Source: Kondoa subrosea (Eukaryota). Taken from it: a stretch of 64,000 nucleotides of DNA. Under the pieces are notes generated by a model. It was given only the letters and a program-made list of their open reading frames with translations, was not told the DNA's origin and did not search any database. Each line of letters starts with the position of its first letter. Position 1 is the stretch's first letter. Both the position numbers and the translations under genes were made by a program. The stretch is from the NCBI GenBank assembly GCA_039545335.1, contig BCIN01000008.1, positions 62,001 to 126,000 of the forward strand, read 5' to 3'. Below are positions 38,037 through 50,876 of this stretch, one piece after another.

Positions 38037-39048
38037 TCAAACAGCGCCAGCCGCAGTGAGATGCTGAAGCCTTCGCTCAGAAAGAGGTCCCTGTGATTAC
38101 AGAGTATGAGAAAAGTTCCAGATAAGAGATAGAGCAGCAGAAATTGTTACCTTCTTCAAGTTGAATTGAACTCCGGCACCATCGCTGTGCAAAAGCAATC
38201 GATCATTTAGTGGATATCTCACTGAGGCAGCCGATTAACGCACTGCATAATCTTTCCGTCAGCTCTTGCTTGAACGTAATCCGGTCGGTCAAGTTTGGTG
38301 AAACCCCATTTCTTTGAGACGATGATCTTTTGCCTGTTTGTCGAGAAAGGAGAATCAGCAAAAGACAGCTTGCGATGCTAGCAGAATTCGACTAACGATC
38401 CAGGGAACTTGTACCGAGCACGACGAAGAGCTTCAAGAACAATAGGCCTGTTGACGTCCTTGCATCTGATGGACATAAGAATTTGACCAATGTTGACTCT
38501 TGCGACAGTTCCGTAAGGTTTGCCCCAAGCACCACGCATACCCGTTTGCAATCTATCGGCTCCGGCACAAGACAACATCTTGTTGATTCGGACGACGTGG
38601 AAAGGATGCACACGAATGCGCAAGTGGAAAGAATCTTTGCCTGAAGTTTTGGTTACATATTTGTTGGCGCAAATTCGAGCAGCTTCAAGGCATTCGGATG
38701 AAACTTGTTCGTATTCGTCAGATACCAAGCTGTAAGCGAGAGGGATACTTCAGAGAACGCCATTGCGTTGCGAATGAGCCCTGCTTACTGAGCACAGAAA
38801 GGAAATTCGTCGACATTGGCCTTCTTGCGTCCCAAATCATAGATACGGATCTTGGCTGCAGGAATAATCAGACTCTTGCGTTCATCTCTCCCACGCTTGC
38901 TTGAGACTCACGATCCGGTACACCACGGTTGTACTTGGATTTAGGGAAAGGCTTGTTCTTGCAGTAGCGGTAGCACTCTGCAATAGGACATATAAGCAAG
39001 GCGCTACTCAGGCAGTGCTCAGGACGCACTGAAAGGACGGCGACCCAT
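38037..39048 (-). CDS. RPL10: 60S ribosomal protein L10 (uL16)
   Basis: [63 protein letters not shown] and [16 protein letters not shown]. Confidence 0.97.
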
Positions 39049-39142
39049 GGCGAACGTGAGTCTTGGTGGATGAAGGAAAGCTCACTCAGCGAAACTTTTC
39101 GCATAATTGTCAAGACTCTTACGCCACCAAAACCCTTCTTCC

Positions 39143-39211
39143 TTAGTCACCAGAAATGACTAATCTTGCTTGCGCTCTCATTCTATGCCTTGGCATACTC
39201 TCATGAGTCAT
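39143..39211. promoter_or_regulatory. Cluster of AP-1/Gcn4-type bZIP sites in a divergent promoter
   Basis: TTAGTCA 39143-39149, TGACTAA 39157-39163 and ATGAGTCAT 39203-39211. Confidence 0.4.
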
Positions 39212-39440
39212 CCATAGCTCATACGTGAGCTTTTCCCAAACTTTTCTTTCGACAAAAGACCCGCTTTGCAAAATATCTTCATGTGTGAACAATGGCTTCG
39301 GAATGTAATGGAAGACGTGCATGTTATCTTTCGCTATACTTTACCTATTGTCTGTGGATTCCAATAGCCCTTTTCATTCTTATCTTCACGCTTTCTTCAT
39401 GCTTGCCTATCCTATCTCTTCAATCATTTCGTAGCCTACT

Positions 39441-40433
39441 ATGTCTTCAAGCACTCTCTCACTCATTCCACACTCATCCCTATCCACTCCTCGGACAACT
39501 ACTTCCTTCCAAACCGTTCCTCAAGGCAAAGCAGGTTCATCAACCGAAGAATCGATCTCTTACCTGGATTTCTTCATTGCTACAATCTGTTTCCTTTTCC
39601 TCTTCGCACTTTATTGTCTAGCACATGCTGGACTAGGTGCTTTAGCTATCTTGATAGGGTTGAGCATGATCAAAGGATCGTTTGATTCGTTAACGGATGT
39701 GGAAGCTAGCAGAGTTGCTTTAGCTGGTGCATGGGGAGGAGTCTTTTCCTTCTTAGTTCAGATCTGTACTCTGGTATGTTTCTTGCACTTCGCAATGAAA
39801 ATTGAGCTAATACTTAACTTGTTAGCAATATTTCGTTTTCGACAAACTTTACGAAAGACTGGTTGACGATAACTGCCGAACAACAGCTTGGACACTTCTT
39901 ATTATCCTCTATACCAAAACTCAAGCACTAGTAGCTGGTTTAATTGTTGGAGCTGTGGGTCAAGGATTGGTCCAACCCGAAGGCATGAATGCCGTTCAAG
40001 CTATTCTGGCTGCTTTTCTCGGTTCAGCAAGTTATGTGTTGATTAATACTGTGGTACAAGGGGTCGTACTATTGGGTAGAGGGAGGATCTCAAAAGGGTT
40101 TATGTTGGCAGAGTTCGGGAATCCAATACCACATCACCTAGGTCAGTCTTCTTTGCTGTATTCGTATCTTTCCTTAAGCTGACTATACTTATTACAGCTT
40201 GTCTTTGCAAGCTTTGGGATGAACGACATCAACGTCAATCTCTTTACAGCAGGAAAGCACTCAATCAAGTTACTTTCCTCCCACCTCCTCAATATCAATA
40301 TGGGCACAATGATCAACCCGTCTTTGTTCATGTCAGATCTCCTTTGAGCACATCAAGTGGAACAAGTGCCGAAGACATTTGTTTACCTAGTCCACCTTTA
40401 ACGACTTACATCTACACCACTAGGGTCAAGTGA
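39441..40433 (+). CDS. Hypothetical multi-pass membrane protein
   Basis: About four Gly/Ala-rich hydrophobic segments; three exons; ends YIYTTRVK*. Confidence 0.65.
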
Positions 40434-40526
40434 AGACGTTGTATGATAGCTTTCAAGTGTACATATTAGAAATCATGACATCTTCACTTTTGATCAATGA
40501 ATGCATTCGCTTTATCGCAAACGGAC

Positions 40527-41237
40527 ATGTCGAGCTTTTCATTCTTGATGCCTGCTTTTGCGAAGCAGTCTACATTCAGCAGAGGAGCTTCTGTATCTCT
40601 GTCTGTTACTGCTCGAGCTTGTCTATCAAGTTCTGCCTTCAAATACGCAAAGACGAATTTCGACTTGGGTGCACCCAGTGAATCCTCAGCTCCAGCTAAA
40701 GAGTCACTTTATCGACCAACAGGTTTTCCTAAACTCACTCAAGTCCGTTCCTCTTTTTTTTAAGCTTCGGCGCTTGTCATGTTTCTTTGTGTTTATATGA
40801 AAAGTCTATTGCATCTTCAGTCTGAACCTTTTCCTACTCGAAGTAAAGCTGTACCACCTAATAATGCATCAAAAGACTGGGTAGCTCATCAAGCTGCGAT
40901 GCGGAAGAAGTTCCCAACTGGTTTCAATCCACCTAAAAGAGTTTCAAGGGAAGCTATGGAATTGATTCGTTCGCTGCATAAAGTGGATCCGGAGACGTAC
41001 ACTACACCTGCTTTGGCTGATCAATTCAGGATCTCTGGAGAGAGCGTGAGGAGGATACTCAAGAGTCGATTCGTGAAAGTGGAAGAGAGGCAAAATGATG
41101 ATAAAGCTGCTATTGAGAGGGATAAGAGGGAACGGCAGGAGCTGTTGAGAAGATGGGAAAGAGGCGATAGAGAGCTGGTCAGCGATGAAGAAGCTGGTTC
41201 GGGAAGATTAACACTCAGGAGGGAAGATATCGATTGA
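40527..41237 (+). CDS. RRG9: Rrg9/neugrin family mitochondrial protein
   Basis: WVAHQAAMRKKFPTGFNPPKRVSREAMELIRSLH...LADQFRISGESVRRILKSRF, with a presequence-like N-terminus. Confidence 0.88.
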
Positions 41238-41450
41238 GAAAGCGCAGCCCAAGTTATTTGCTGTCCTGTAATCATGGATGCTTTCAACTCATGGCAACTG
41301 TCTCTTTCCTGGTCCTCTGCATGTTATGGTGATGACTTCGCACTGATCGGCCTGCTTTGTGCTTTCGCTCGGTTCGTTGCGCTCGGTTCGTTGATCTTCT
41401 GCTTGTCGGTCATCTTCTGTCTTCTCCCTTGTCCCTTCTTATATCCCACT

Positions 41451-42170
41451 ATGTCACATTTCATGCTAAATCTGCGCAAGCAAGTAATGCCTTCGGTCTT
41501 GCCTCGCACTATCTTCCAGTCCCGAAATTTTGGACATACAGCTGTCAAGCGCGGCGTTTTGGGCTGTCAGTCACTGTATATGTCACTATCTCTTAAGGAC
41601 TGGTAGTGCTCTACAGTGGGCTTCTTCCAAAGTGATCATGCTTTGGATTTCAAGGATGATATTCAAAACTTGTTCAAAGATCGCCCTCAATGGTGGCTCC
41701 CGTACGATAGAGCTAGCAGACTGTACATATATGAACGGAATAAGCAAGAACCGCCTGAAGAAGACGAATATTACAGTATATGCCATCCACCTGACCGACC
41801 ATTTCTCAAGCGCCGGCTGGAAGATCAGTACCTTTCATTACTCAGACAAGTATACAGATACCAACCCTATTCGGAAATGCATTTGGCCGTTATAGCAATG
41901 GAGAATGGAGTCCGGTTCAGCGCAACCTACCAACGCGAGCTGCATAAATTATTGAAGAATCCTAAGCGAGGCTGGCAGCTAAGCAACATGTCTCGAGAGC
42001 ATTTCGATCGCTTTCGTCCGGCAAGACTTGCTCAGCTAGCCACTGAACGGGACGCTTACTTTGCTAGAAGAGAAGGCGAGAAGCAACAGATGACTGTTCC
42101 GCCAATGGTGTCCAAAGATGTGGACAAGGAGAAGGAAGGAACAGTAGCAGCAGATACAACAGCAGAGTAA
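41451..42170 (+). CDS. Hypothetical protein, probable mitochondrial presequence plus DUF4259-like start motif
   Basis: MSHFMLNLRKQVMPSVLPRTIFQSRNFGHTAVKR followed, across an intron, by GVLGLGFFQSDHALDF. Confidence 0.6.
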
Positions 42171-42212
42171 CCTGTCTTACAAATATGCTTCATTTTTGTA
42201 CATCATGTATTA

Positions 42213-42866
42213 TTACAATTTGGCTCTGGGTGCACTCGTCAGATGTCTCTCTACCGCGTCAACTCCTGCTTGAGCTACCTCCTGATTAAGATATCAGTAT
42301 ATATCATCGTAGTATCGCTCTACGCGCCTGGTCTTGTGAAGGTAAAGCCGTCGAACAACCGATAGCCCCTATGACTTGACCGCTTGCATTTTTTATTGGC
42401 AAACCTCCAGCAATGGTCATGAATCTGCCCTGCGGTGTGTATCAGCATAATGCATTCAGACTAGCGAGGAAATTACTTACTTGATTGCTATTGTTGATGC
42501 CGACTAGAGCTGGATGTCAGCGAATAAAGCAGAAGAAGTGACAGTAGCTTACATGCAACTCCTCCAGGCCATACGTTCTCCTTGTAAATATGTGTTCCAG
42601 CTTTATGACCTGTTCCCAAGCTATCAGCTATCTTCCTCGTCGAAAGAAAGGTACTGACCAGCAGCAGTGAAAGCTTTCGATAAAGCAATATCGATCGAAG
42701 TGATCTTGGAATCTGGTAGTCTTTGGAAAGACAGCAGATGACAGGACGCATCAACGATTGCAATGTTCATGCCAGTCTTGATTTCTTTGGCTTTCGCTGC
42801 TGCTGCTTGGGTTGCGATCAAGGCTCCTTCCAGCGTGAGAGTTTCTACTTGCTGAGTGATAGCCAT
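42213..42866 (-). CDS. GlcG/HbpS (DUF336) heme-binding family protein with PTS1 (-AKL)
   Basis: MNIAIVDASCHLLSFQRL, SIDIALSKAFTAA and IAGGLPI...IGAIGCS; ends APRAKL*. Confidence 0.9.
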
Positions 42867-43203
42867 GGCAGCTGAATTGGAGGGGAAGAAAAGAATACGG
42901 AGAAAGTGGATAGAATGTGGGGTTGCGCGAACAAACTGGAAGGGATTGTAGCTAATGCAAAGCAGAGATGGTCTAGATAGGGTAATCCGTTGGGATACCG
43001 AGCTATCACAAAGTGTCAGGGACGCGGTTGAAGAGTCAAAGTCAGAATGACCATATCGAATGAAGTCATTTGCCAAACAGATACTATTAAGGGATACTAC
43101 TACTAAGCTGCACAAACCCGTACAAAACTAAACAAAACTTAAAGATAAGAAAACGAACGGAACCAAATTACTTTATAACACATCTTCAAGCTTCCCTTGC
43201 TTA

Positions 43204-45335
43204 CTAATTCGAGCTTCCAAACAATGCACGCTCGCTTCCACCTTCTGGTCTTGGTCTTGGTCTAGAGACGACGGAGACGGGAACAGCTTCTCCAGCACAA
43301 GTACAACCGCAAGCTTCGCAAGCCTGAATCAATAGCAAGATCAGCTCAAAGTCCTCAAAGACAGAATAGCAAAACGAACCTTTCCAGACTTCTGCTGAGC
43401 TGTCACAGAGTCTCTCTGTTGTCTCAATGTATCAACTTCATTTTCCAACTTCCTGATCTGCTGCTCCATCTCCCACATCTGAGTTTTCCAAGATTGTTGA
43501 GCTAATGACAGTTTGTCCATCGAAGGCGATTGATGCTGGGAAGCAGAAGAAGGGAAAGAAGGTGTAGAAGGTGTATTATCTCTTGAAGAATCGAAAAAGG
43601 TGCTGCTGTCACCATGGGAATAGAGCGAAGCAGGCGATTTAGGTATTGTCAACTCTTGCTCTTGCTCTTTCAAATTGACCAACAGGTTCTGAGCAAAGTT
43701 ATGAGAGAAAGCCATCGAAATCGGTCGAAGAGAAAGGGAAGGCGCTGGTAAAGCTTCACCAGGCTTGTTAATTCGGTCTTGAGGATTTGGAGTTGGAGGT
43801 GCCAAGAAGCTGATATTTGGCGAGCGAGGAGAAGGTACTGGTAGAGGTTTCTCCTTTTCCATACGTTCAGCTTGGGAGAATGTAGTTATAGTTGGTGGAG
43901 CTGAGCGTAAAACAGTAGGCATAGGAGGAAGAGGAACAGGTAGCGCAGCTTGTGCGAAAGGTTGAGCCGGCAATTCTTCTTTCCTGTTGAAGAGCTTTAG
44001 AAAACCACTCTTCTTGTTCTTTAGCTGTTTTGTTGAGCCTTGATGCGAAGATGAGGTTGCGCTTTCATTTGTTTCGCTGCTAAACTTTCTGCGTTCCTCT
44101 TGGGGCAGATCAGTAGGGAAAGGTGTCCTTCTTTCACGTTCACGGGCCGCATCAAGAGGTATTAGGTTGAAATGACTAGGTGAAACAGGTTCTGGTGATG
44201 GTACAGGTTTCTTGACTGCTGTCGGAGAACCATTTTGGGTACTTGTACTGGATGACAGAGAAGATTGAGAGGTGGAGACTGTCATATCTGTGCCGAGTGA
44301 AGATGATCGCGGCATAGATGAAGAAGTTGTAGCTGAAGATCCAGAAGGAGAGGGAGCGTGAATCAAAGGATCTGATTTCTCTTCTGGCGTTCGACGTTGT
44401 GTAGGAAGAGGCGGAAGACCACCACGAGGAGGAGGAGGAAAAGTATTGATCGACATTGGAACAGGTGTCTTTTCGTTGTCGGTTTTGCGTCGCATCAGGA
44501 TTGTAGGCTTCTCTTCACCTCGAATTTGCTGCGGAGGATTTCTGACACTTTCTAACGATGGTCTGACCTTGCTGCCTGCAGAGCTAGCTCTCCCAAACGC
44601 TTCCTTCACGCTGCGACCTTTCAAAGACATTTTGCTCGTTTCCGTTGATGCGTTGGACCATACGTCTGACTTGTTGGCTTGTTCTACTTCTTTTGCATCC
44701 CAAGGTGGAGGTGAAATGAGCTTCATCTTGGGTGCCAAATAAGATTGCATGCGTTGATTCTTTGCTGGACTGGGAAGCAGTTGACCATATCCCGCAATGG
44801 GAACATCGTCATTTGAGCTGTTGACTGAATTGTTCGAGTCAATAGAAGAGTGTCGACGAACAGGAGAAGTTCGAGGGGGTTGATTTTCTTTAGCTCGCGT
44901 GACTGGTCGACGAGGTGAAGGCATTGGGAACGCTTCTACATCAGCTGACATTTGAATAGCTAAGCCATGTTCACGATTGGAGATAAGAGTAGGTTTGAAG
45001 ACTGCTGAACCAGAATGAACCATTGGATCAAGATTTGGTGATTTTATAACAGCTTCGCAAATGGATGGAGAGTATTCACTTTCTGACATGCTTTCGCTTG
45101 AGCTGAAAGATTTGCCTTTCATCATTCCTTGTGGTGTTGATGCGATGTATTCGACTTCTCCTGCTTCAGGTGAACGCGTTGCCATGGATGAAGTGGTCCA
45201 TATTTCGCTGTCGAAAGAAGCTCGAGAGCTCAAAGCACTTAAAGGTGAAGGATGAGGGTGTAAACCAGCAGGGTAGTCCAGCGCGCGTTGCTTGAGTAGT
45301 TCATTGACATTGTATGATGCCTGTGTGCGAGCCAT
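43204..45335 (-). CDS. Ser/Pro-rich disordered protein with C-terminal coiled coil and CxxCxCxC motif
   Basis: ORF of about 660 codons from MARTQASY; last exon ACEACGCTC...RPRPRP. Confidence 0.75.
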
Positions 45336-45905
45336 AGCTTCCTTATTATCGCAGACTTGGTTTGACAATAACAAGAGAAAGGAGAGAAAGGAAAGAGCGA
45401 AGCAAAACTGGGCTGGACTGCTTGACGAGTTTCGCAAAACAGTAAACACTTGGTAAATCGAGGACTGGTTCTGGAATGCGAGACGTCAGACTGGCGCAGA
45501 GCTGGAAGCACTGCTGCTCTGAACTCACTCTATAAGTATAGCGGCTAAGGCAAAACCACTAGAAGGACCAATAGAAGCGACTTGTAGACTTGTATTTTGT
45601 AAAAGAATGGACGATCAGGCGCGATCTAGCGTTTGGAATAGTACTTCAGAGGTATATAGCTTCAGCCTTGCTAACGAGCTGAATTCAAGCGAATCGCCGC
45701 ATATCGAGTTGTTGTTTTCGTCCAAGGTTCGAGATTACAAAGACAAAAGAAAGAAGTCCTGGCGGAAGACCAAGCACGTCTGTACAACCCGACTATATAG
45801 ATTAGATGCAAGATAGGTCTACCTACCAGAGATATGTTATTGTTACATCATGCCTGCGCGAAAGTCTAACGCGGTAATTGTCCATGTCAAAACATTCCAC
45901 ATCAA

Positions 45906-48900
45906 TCACGGTCTCGGTACTGGCGTCCTTACAGCTCTTGCCATTCTCTGTGCTACTGCTCCTCCACATGGTGCTGTTGGTGTTGCGACTCCCAATCCAG
46001 AATAGGCAGGTAAGTAATTGCAACCTGAGATTGGCACAAGCCAAGAAGCTGTATCTGAAGGATTGAGCCAACCATTGCCAATGTTCGTTGCTGATCCAGT
46101 AGCAAAAGCGCCTGTTGGAGTTGTACCGGGAGCCATTGTGATGACAGATCCAGTCGCAGTCAATACTGGCAGGACTGATGCATTTGGAATGTTGGTTATC
46201 GATGCTGGAGGGAATGTAGAGTAATTGGCTGTGACGCTCTGTAAATGTATGTTGGCCATTGAGCGCGATCAACACGCATATAACATTCCGACTCACAGCT
46301 GCAATGTTGTAACTGTTTGCTTTGCCGACCATATTGGCAGCAAGTGGAGGTGTCCAGTCGACATTAGTCTTGCCTGGAAGGTTCAAGCTGGAAGACAGAG
46401 CATCGCACGCTCCCAGATACGCTTCTGGTCGAGGATCAGTGGGAACATAGCCTTCTTTCAAACCGAGCGAGTATCTGATACAACGATTAGCAAAGAACTG
46501 CGTCATCGACGTGTTGCTTACGACCAGAGAGGGTTAGGAATCTGTCCACTTTGATTTGGGCCAACTTTCCCTGTGTAAATCGTGAGCAGAATGCGTAGCA
46601 TCAAAATTAATCGACGTACATGTCCAAAAGAACCACGATCGAGTCGCGTCTGTAAGGGAAGAAAGCAGGCTCAGCAAGCCAGTCTGCGAAGCTGCCGATC
46701 TTCTCCTTACCCCAGTAAGCGGTCATCATTTGCTTGAGCTGAGTCTTGAACTCATCGGAGAAGTTGGCAGCGTTAGTGAATGCGTCGCAACTACCATAGA
46801 CGTGCGCAGTGGCGTTGGCAGTCTAGTAATACTGTCAGTAGTGCTTGCGGATAGATAGTCCGGACTGACTGTATTGTAGGATCCGTCGTAATTCGCTCCT
46901 AGTCCTACTCCATTGACGTATCTGCAACAGATGTAAGCAATATACAGTTGTCACGTAGAAATGATTTACTGTCCACAATCGTTGACGGCAAGACACTGTG
47001 AACAATCGTTAACTTCAGGTCACGACAGGTCACAATGAAGACAAGCACTCACCCATTCACCAGCATCAGCGAACCCGTAGTTATTGTCTGAGGGTATGTC
47101 AGCATATGATTCATCATACCATTATGCGAAACACACAAGTTCTGTCAGAGAAAGGTCAACACTTTCGCGGGGTATGACAGTTAGACTTACGCATTGTATT
47201 GAGCAGCCCACCAGTTGCAAGGTCTGTGAAACATATTCCAAATCAAATTTGACACTATCCGAGCTGGGAAAGCCTCTCACCTTGTTACAAGCGATTGGTA
47301 AGAATCGCCAAAACTATCTGCAGTGAAGGCCAGATAATGATGAGATTCTGTCAAATCATGTGGTCAATACAGAGCAAGCTCAATATTGGTCCGATCCGAA
47401 CCTAGAGCTAATCGATCAGCTCCTTGCATGAAACCAGCGAAAGAGCTTGTGGGCGCAAATCTGCCATCGGAACTCTGCCTTGAGCTCTTATTCGGCGGTG
47501 AGTTGAATTCACTGACCCATCGTGCAGCACAATTTGGGGACCGTTGCCTATACCAGTTCCAGTGATTCCCCTAATGGTCTCATAGACTTCTCTATACCAA
47601 GCTTGCATAGGTTGTTGACCAATAGCATACTCTTGGTATGGTTCATTGACCGGCATGAACTGAACAGCAACGTTTTTGTATTGAGGTTGCGAGATGAATT
47701 CGACTACCGTTCGAATGTAGTTGAGCGTTCTTTGGGCATTGGCAATACCCATGACACCTGTACATGATATTAAGATCGGCATTTTAAGCAAGCTTGTTCA
47801 ACAATTGCGTACCATTCAGGAAATTGATGGCGCCAAATTTACCACTGTGGTTCTGTATCGCTGTAAGCCGATGCTGGCGCTCACTCTTGTTGGGACGTAC
47901 AAGACCGTTTTGAGAGCCAGGCACAGCATGCAAATCAACTTGTACGCGGATACCGTACTTGCGACACCAGTTGAGGGCTCTGAGAACGAAGCACCATGAT
48001 TAGTCGAAAGACTATTGAAGTGAGCAGCCCACTGACTTGATGAAATACTGCCAGGAAACACCCTCTAAGAATGGTTCGCCTTCAATAGTTTCAATCGCCC
48101 AAAAGGGAATAGGTAATCGAATCCAATTCAAACCTGCCATAGCGATCTCTGCAATATCTTGTTCGGTAATGAAAGTCTTATAGTGCTCTTCTATGACGTT
48201 GGACATGTTTGCTCCTAGTGCTACTGAAAGGTCATATTCGTCTATTACTTGCTGTGCCACAGTGAAACAGAAAAGTGAGCTGTCAGGATCATTACGTCCT
48301 CTTCGCCACTCACGTTGTTGTAGCCTTCGAATAATGCAGGCGTGATGAAAGGTTCGATGACTAGCCATCTGCGTTCGGCGGCTGTGAGCACATTCTCTGC
48401 TTGACATGGGAAAGTCTCACCCTCCAAGGTTCACTCCGCTACACCAAAAGTTAGTCCGACAATCAGTATCATATCGATTTGGACGGCTTACTTGATTTTA
48501 TCGCTTGAGAAATCCCAGTTCTCGTTCAAGGCAGGCGAATCGCTTCTTGCTTGTGCCGAATCGTCAAAAGGCCTCGAAACCCAATGACCTCCGAAGTTGC
48601 TGATATACATGAATTGAGTTCCATCTCTGCCGATCACTCGTAAGCTTCATCCCTCTCATAGTCGAAACTTGAGCATACTCTGTCGTTATTGTCGTTCCGT
48701 TTCCTCCTTCTCCCTGCTTCTGAGCATCTGCATCATTCGTAGGCGCTTTGCTGCTTGATTCCGATTTGTTCTCGTCCGAATCACTGCTTCCAAACTTATT
48801 CCTCCCAAACACTGCTCCTAAAACAGCCGCAATAGCAATCACAGCCAAAATGGCACCACCACCAATGATGATCTTCTTCTTGAGACTCCAACCAGCTATT

Positions 48901-49193
48901 CCAGACTGTTTCTTGCTGTTCCCACTGTTCCTTAACGGTGAAGAATACCCTTCTCTTTCTTTAGGTAAATGTAATTGCGATTCAGAGCTTCCATAACCAT
49001 ATTTAGCCATACTGGATTCACTTCCGTCCCTTGTTGAACCGAGTGTCAAGTTTGGAGAGCTGTCACCGTAAAAAGCAGGTAAAGCAGGACTGTGCGAAGG
49101 TGAATTGTCTGTGTAGAAGTTTTCGCGTAATGGATACTCGTCGGCTGAAGAGGTCAAGTGTTCTGCCGCATTAGGTGAGTGATACGTTGCCAT
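45906..49193 (-). CDS. Membrane-anchored glycoside hydrolase family 5 (exo-beta-1,3-glucanase-like)
   Basis: Type II TM; GVNLGGWLVIEPFITPALF, HYKTFITEQDIAEIA..GLNWIRLPIPFWA, VNEP (acid/base) and AGEW (nucleophile). Many introns. Confidence 0.92.
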
Positions 49194-49696
49194 CTTGACC
49201 GAGTTTTGACAGGGTTAGAAAGAAAAAAACTACAGTCAGGAGTCTGATGTTGCCAAGATGTTTCGTGATTGAATGTTGCGTGAAATGAACAATAGTAGCA
49301 GTACAGGAGGGAGAGAGGCGCTGACTGAAGTAGCGCACTTTAGTTCCACGAGGTCGTCGACTGGAATAACAAGTCGGTTGGAATTTCAGTTCGCGGAAGA
49401 GCGAACTAACTGCGGAGGCGTCTGTCGCTATGTACGGCACAGACGAGCCAACTTGCGACGTGAGAATAGTCTCAGGCTGTGAGTAGGCGAAGAAAGACCG
49501 CGTGGCTGTTACAGGTAAGCAGAGACATAGCGCAAAATGCTTTTTCGCGCATAGTCGATGGCTTCTCCTCTTCTCTCAACGACGTCCTACAACAGTTAGT
49601 AGATTAATCTCACAATGAATTTGATATTCATGCCATCTGATCCAGCGATTCCGCTTGATTTGACCTCGTCTGTGCTTTTCTTGTCCTTTTCTAATT

Positions 49697-50868
49697 ATGT
49701 CTGCCTCCCCTGCTACAATCGTGCTGTGGTGTCATCCACGTAGCACCAGTACAATGTTTGTCTTTCAATCCTTACAGCTGCCCACCATCATCATGATGCA
49801 TACAGGTTCGAGCGAGCCTTCCTCAATCGACCTCAAACTTTCGAAGTACTTCATGAGCCATTAGGCGATGCCTGTACTTACATTCCCCCTATCTTCTCTT
49901 GCTTGACGACTAAATTAAGGTGATTAGGGTATTTTGGTCCAGATCGAGTTTCACCTCGATACTCGCCAGAGAAGTGTGCAAAGGATTACCCTCAATTCAA
50001 AGACTCTACCACTCTCAAGGTGAGTCTAGGAACACTGCTTCTCTATCTCGCTAAACGAAGTGGTAGACCTGGGCTGAAATCACTGCTCACACTGATAAAC
50101 CTCGAACTTTCGTTAAAGATGTGAGTTTCTCTCCTGCTCTTTTTCATCGCAGTTAACTGATGCAACAATTCAGATGGCCCAATACATCTGTGTCCCAGCT
50201 GAAACTGCCCCTACTTGTCCATCTTTACCTGAGACGGGTAATCCAACCTTTATTCCCTCTTCAAAATTATTCGCGCCAGGAATCATTCACACTTTCTTAA
50301 TCCGAACACCTGAAAAAGCAGTACCGTCCTATTTCCGCTTATGTTCAGGGGATCAAAGTGCAATCACCGGTTTTGAGTATTTCGATCCTAATGAAGTTGG
50401 ATTGAAAGAGTTGAGAAGAGTGTATGAATATATTGCTAGCAATACAAAAGATGGAGAGAAGAATTTATGCTTGATCGATTCGGCTGATTTGTTGGAAAGA
50501 CCTCAAGAGTATATGAAAGCTTATTGCGAGAAAGTTGGCGTACAATTCGATGAGGGTATGCTTGAGTGGAGCTCGGGCACTCAAGAACACTTCAAGAAGT
50601 GGGTCGGTGTAAGTTGTTCTAGTGTGGTAATTTCTGCTCTCTAACTTATATTGTACTCTTGTATAGTTTCACACGTGGGTGTTTTACTCTCGAGGTGATG
50701 GATCTAGCTGATTAGCATCGTAGCGACGCGGAACAATCGACTGGAATCAGGAAACCTAAGCCAACATCTTCAGCTGAAAAAGATGCTTTCCCAGAAGAAG
50801 TCAAGAAAGCAATTGCGGACAACATGGAAGATTATGAATGGTTGCGTGCAAGACGATTACAATTATGA
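49697..50868 (+). CDS. P-loop sulfotransferase-like protein
   Basis: LWCHPRSTSTMFERAF, LHEP, FVKDMAQY, HTFLIRTPEKAVPSY, IDSADL and FHTDAEQSTG (8-nt microexon at 50667-50674). Confidence 0.82.
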
Positions 50869-50876
50869 TGATTCTG

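Noticed and set aside
40180..40185. TGA CTA readthrough motif after ORF 39955..40182
   Set aside because: It is the GCTGAC branch point of an intron; the gene continues to 40433.
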